Below, piece by piece: positions 63,766 through 64,000 of a stretch of 64,000 bases of DNA. How positions within the stretch are numbered: the first letter of the stretch is position 1; every line of letters starts with the position of its first letter. Location: NCBI GenBank assembly GCA_028868715.1, contig JAGWUB010000002.1, forward strand, positions 8,430 through 72,429. The letters run 5' to 3'. Position numbers and translations under genes: made by a program. Origin of the DNA: Patescibacteria group bacterium. Its GTDB lineage: Bacteria; Patescibacteriota; Minisyncoccia; Phycocordibacterales; UBA9973. The notes beneath the pieces were generated by a model, which saw only the letters and a list, made by a program, of their open reading frames with translations, was not told the DNA's origin and searched no databases.

Positions 63766-64000
63766 ATGGAAAAAAATAAAAAAATAAAAAAGAAGTCGCT
63801 AGTCGACCTAGTTAAAGGAATATCGTTCACTCGCCTCTCAATCAAAGATCAAACTTTTTTTGTGAAGCGATTGTCTTTTTTGATCAAGGCTGGCATACCG
63901 ATGCGCGAGAGCTTGGTCATGATCCGAGAACAAACTCGCAAAAAAGGATATGCCCTAATTTTAGATACAGTGATTGACAATGTTTCGAATGGACAAAATC
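63766..64000 (+). CDS. pilC: Type IV pilus / T2SS inner-membrane platform protein (PilC/GspF family), 5' part only; continues beyond the window
   Basis: …GISFTRLSIKDQTFFVKRLSFLIKAGIPMRESLVMI… is the conserved first cytoplasmic domain of GspF/PilC. The ORF is open to the window end. Confidence 0.7.
   Translation, partial: MEKNKKIKKKSLVDLVKGISFTRLSIKDQTFFVKRLSFLIKAGIPMRESLVMIREQTRKKGYALILDTVIDNVSNGQN

Noticed and set aside
1-64000. CRISPR arrays, rRNA genes, transposases/integrases, prophage genes
   Set aside because: None found. The repeats examined are intragenic protein repeats, the 123-bp tRNA-Arg array and hairpin terminators. No direct-repeat/spacer architecture and no recognisable transposase or integrase ORFs appear in any frame.

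Overview
This 64-kb window is AT-rich and densely packed with short bacterial genes, mostly housekeeping, on both strands. The overall style (reduced enzymes, a compact dcw cluster, PilB/PilC at the 3' edge, many secreted repeat proteins) suggests a small-genome, possibly episymbiotic bacterium of the CPR/Patescibacteria type; that placement is inference only.

Recognisable content, in order along the window:
- **Lower-glycolysis module (1.3-5.0 kb):** a D-2-hydroxyacid dehydrogenase, a phosphoglycerate-mutase::pyruvate-kinase-like fusion protein, and enolase.
- **Translation and related factors:** LeuRS, ValRS, LysRS, GluRS, LepA, YchF, GreA, YbeY, and ribosomal proteins S21, L27 and L9.
- **Cell envelope and division:** MurJ, an MsbA-like ABC exporter, the mraZ-rsmH-ftsL-ftsI-ftsW-murG cluster, ftsA-ftsZ, an M23/EnvC-like peptidase and an S41 C-terminal processing peptidase.
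- **Regulation:** a PAS histidine kinase with an OmpR-type response regulator, divergent from an ECF sigma factor, plus an orphan receiver domain.
- **Repair and stress:** family-4 UDG, DinB_2, Hsp20, TrxB, a glutaredoxin and a cupredoxin.
- **Seven tRNAs:** Gly-CCC, Arg-CCT, Phe-GAA, Val-GAC, Glu-TTC, Ser-CGA, and a tRNA-Glu-derived pseudo-fragment.
- **Secreted-protein island (53.7-62.2 kb):** List_Bact/DUF11 repeat proteins, an S53 peptidase, a beta-helix protein, paralogous leaders and a GC-rich islet, lying directly upstream of the pilus genes.

The most unusual candidates are:
- a NUDIX hydrolase domain inserted inside LeuRS;
- the PGM::PK-like fusion next to enolase;
- two 123-bp tandem repeats, each ending in the 17-nt 3' end of tRNA-Arg, abutting the intact tRNA;
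- a GC-rich double-hairpin element inserted in-frame into tsaD;
- the mosaic, paralog-rich surface-protein island.

No CRISPR array, rRNA gene, transposase or integrase gene was seen.
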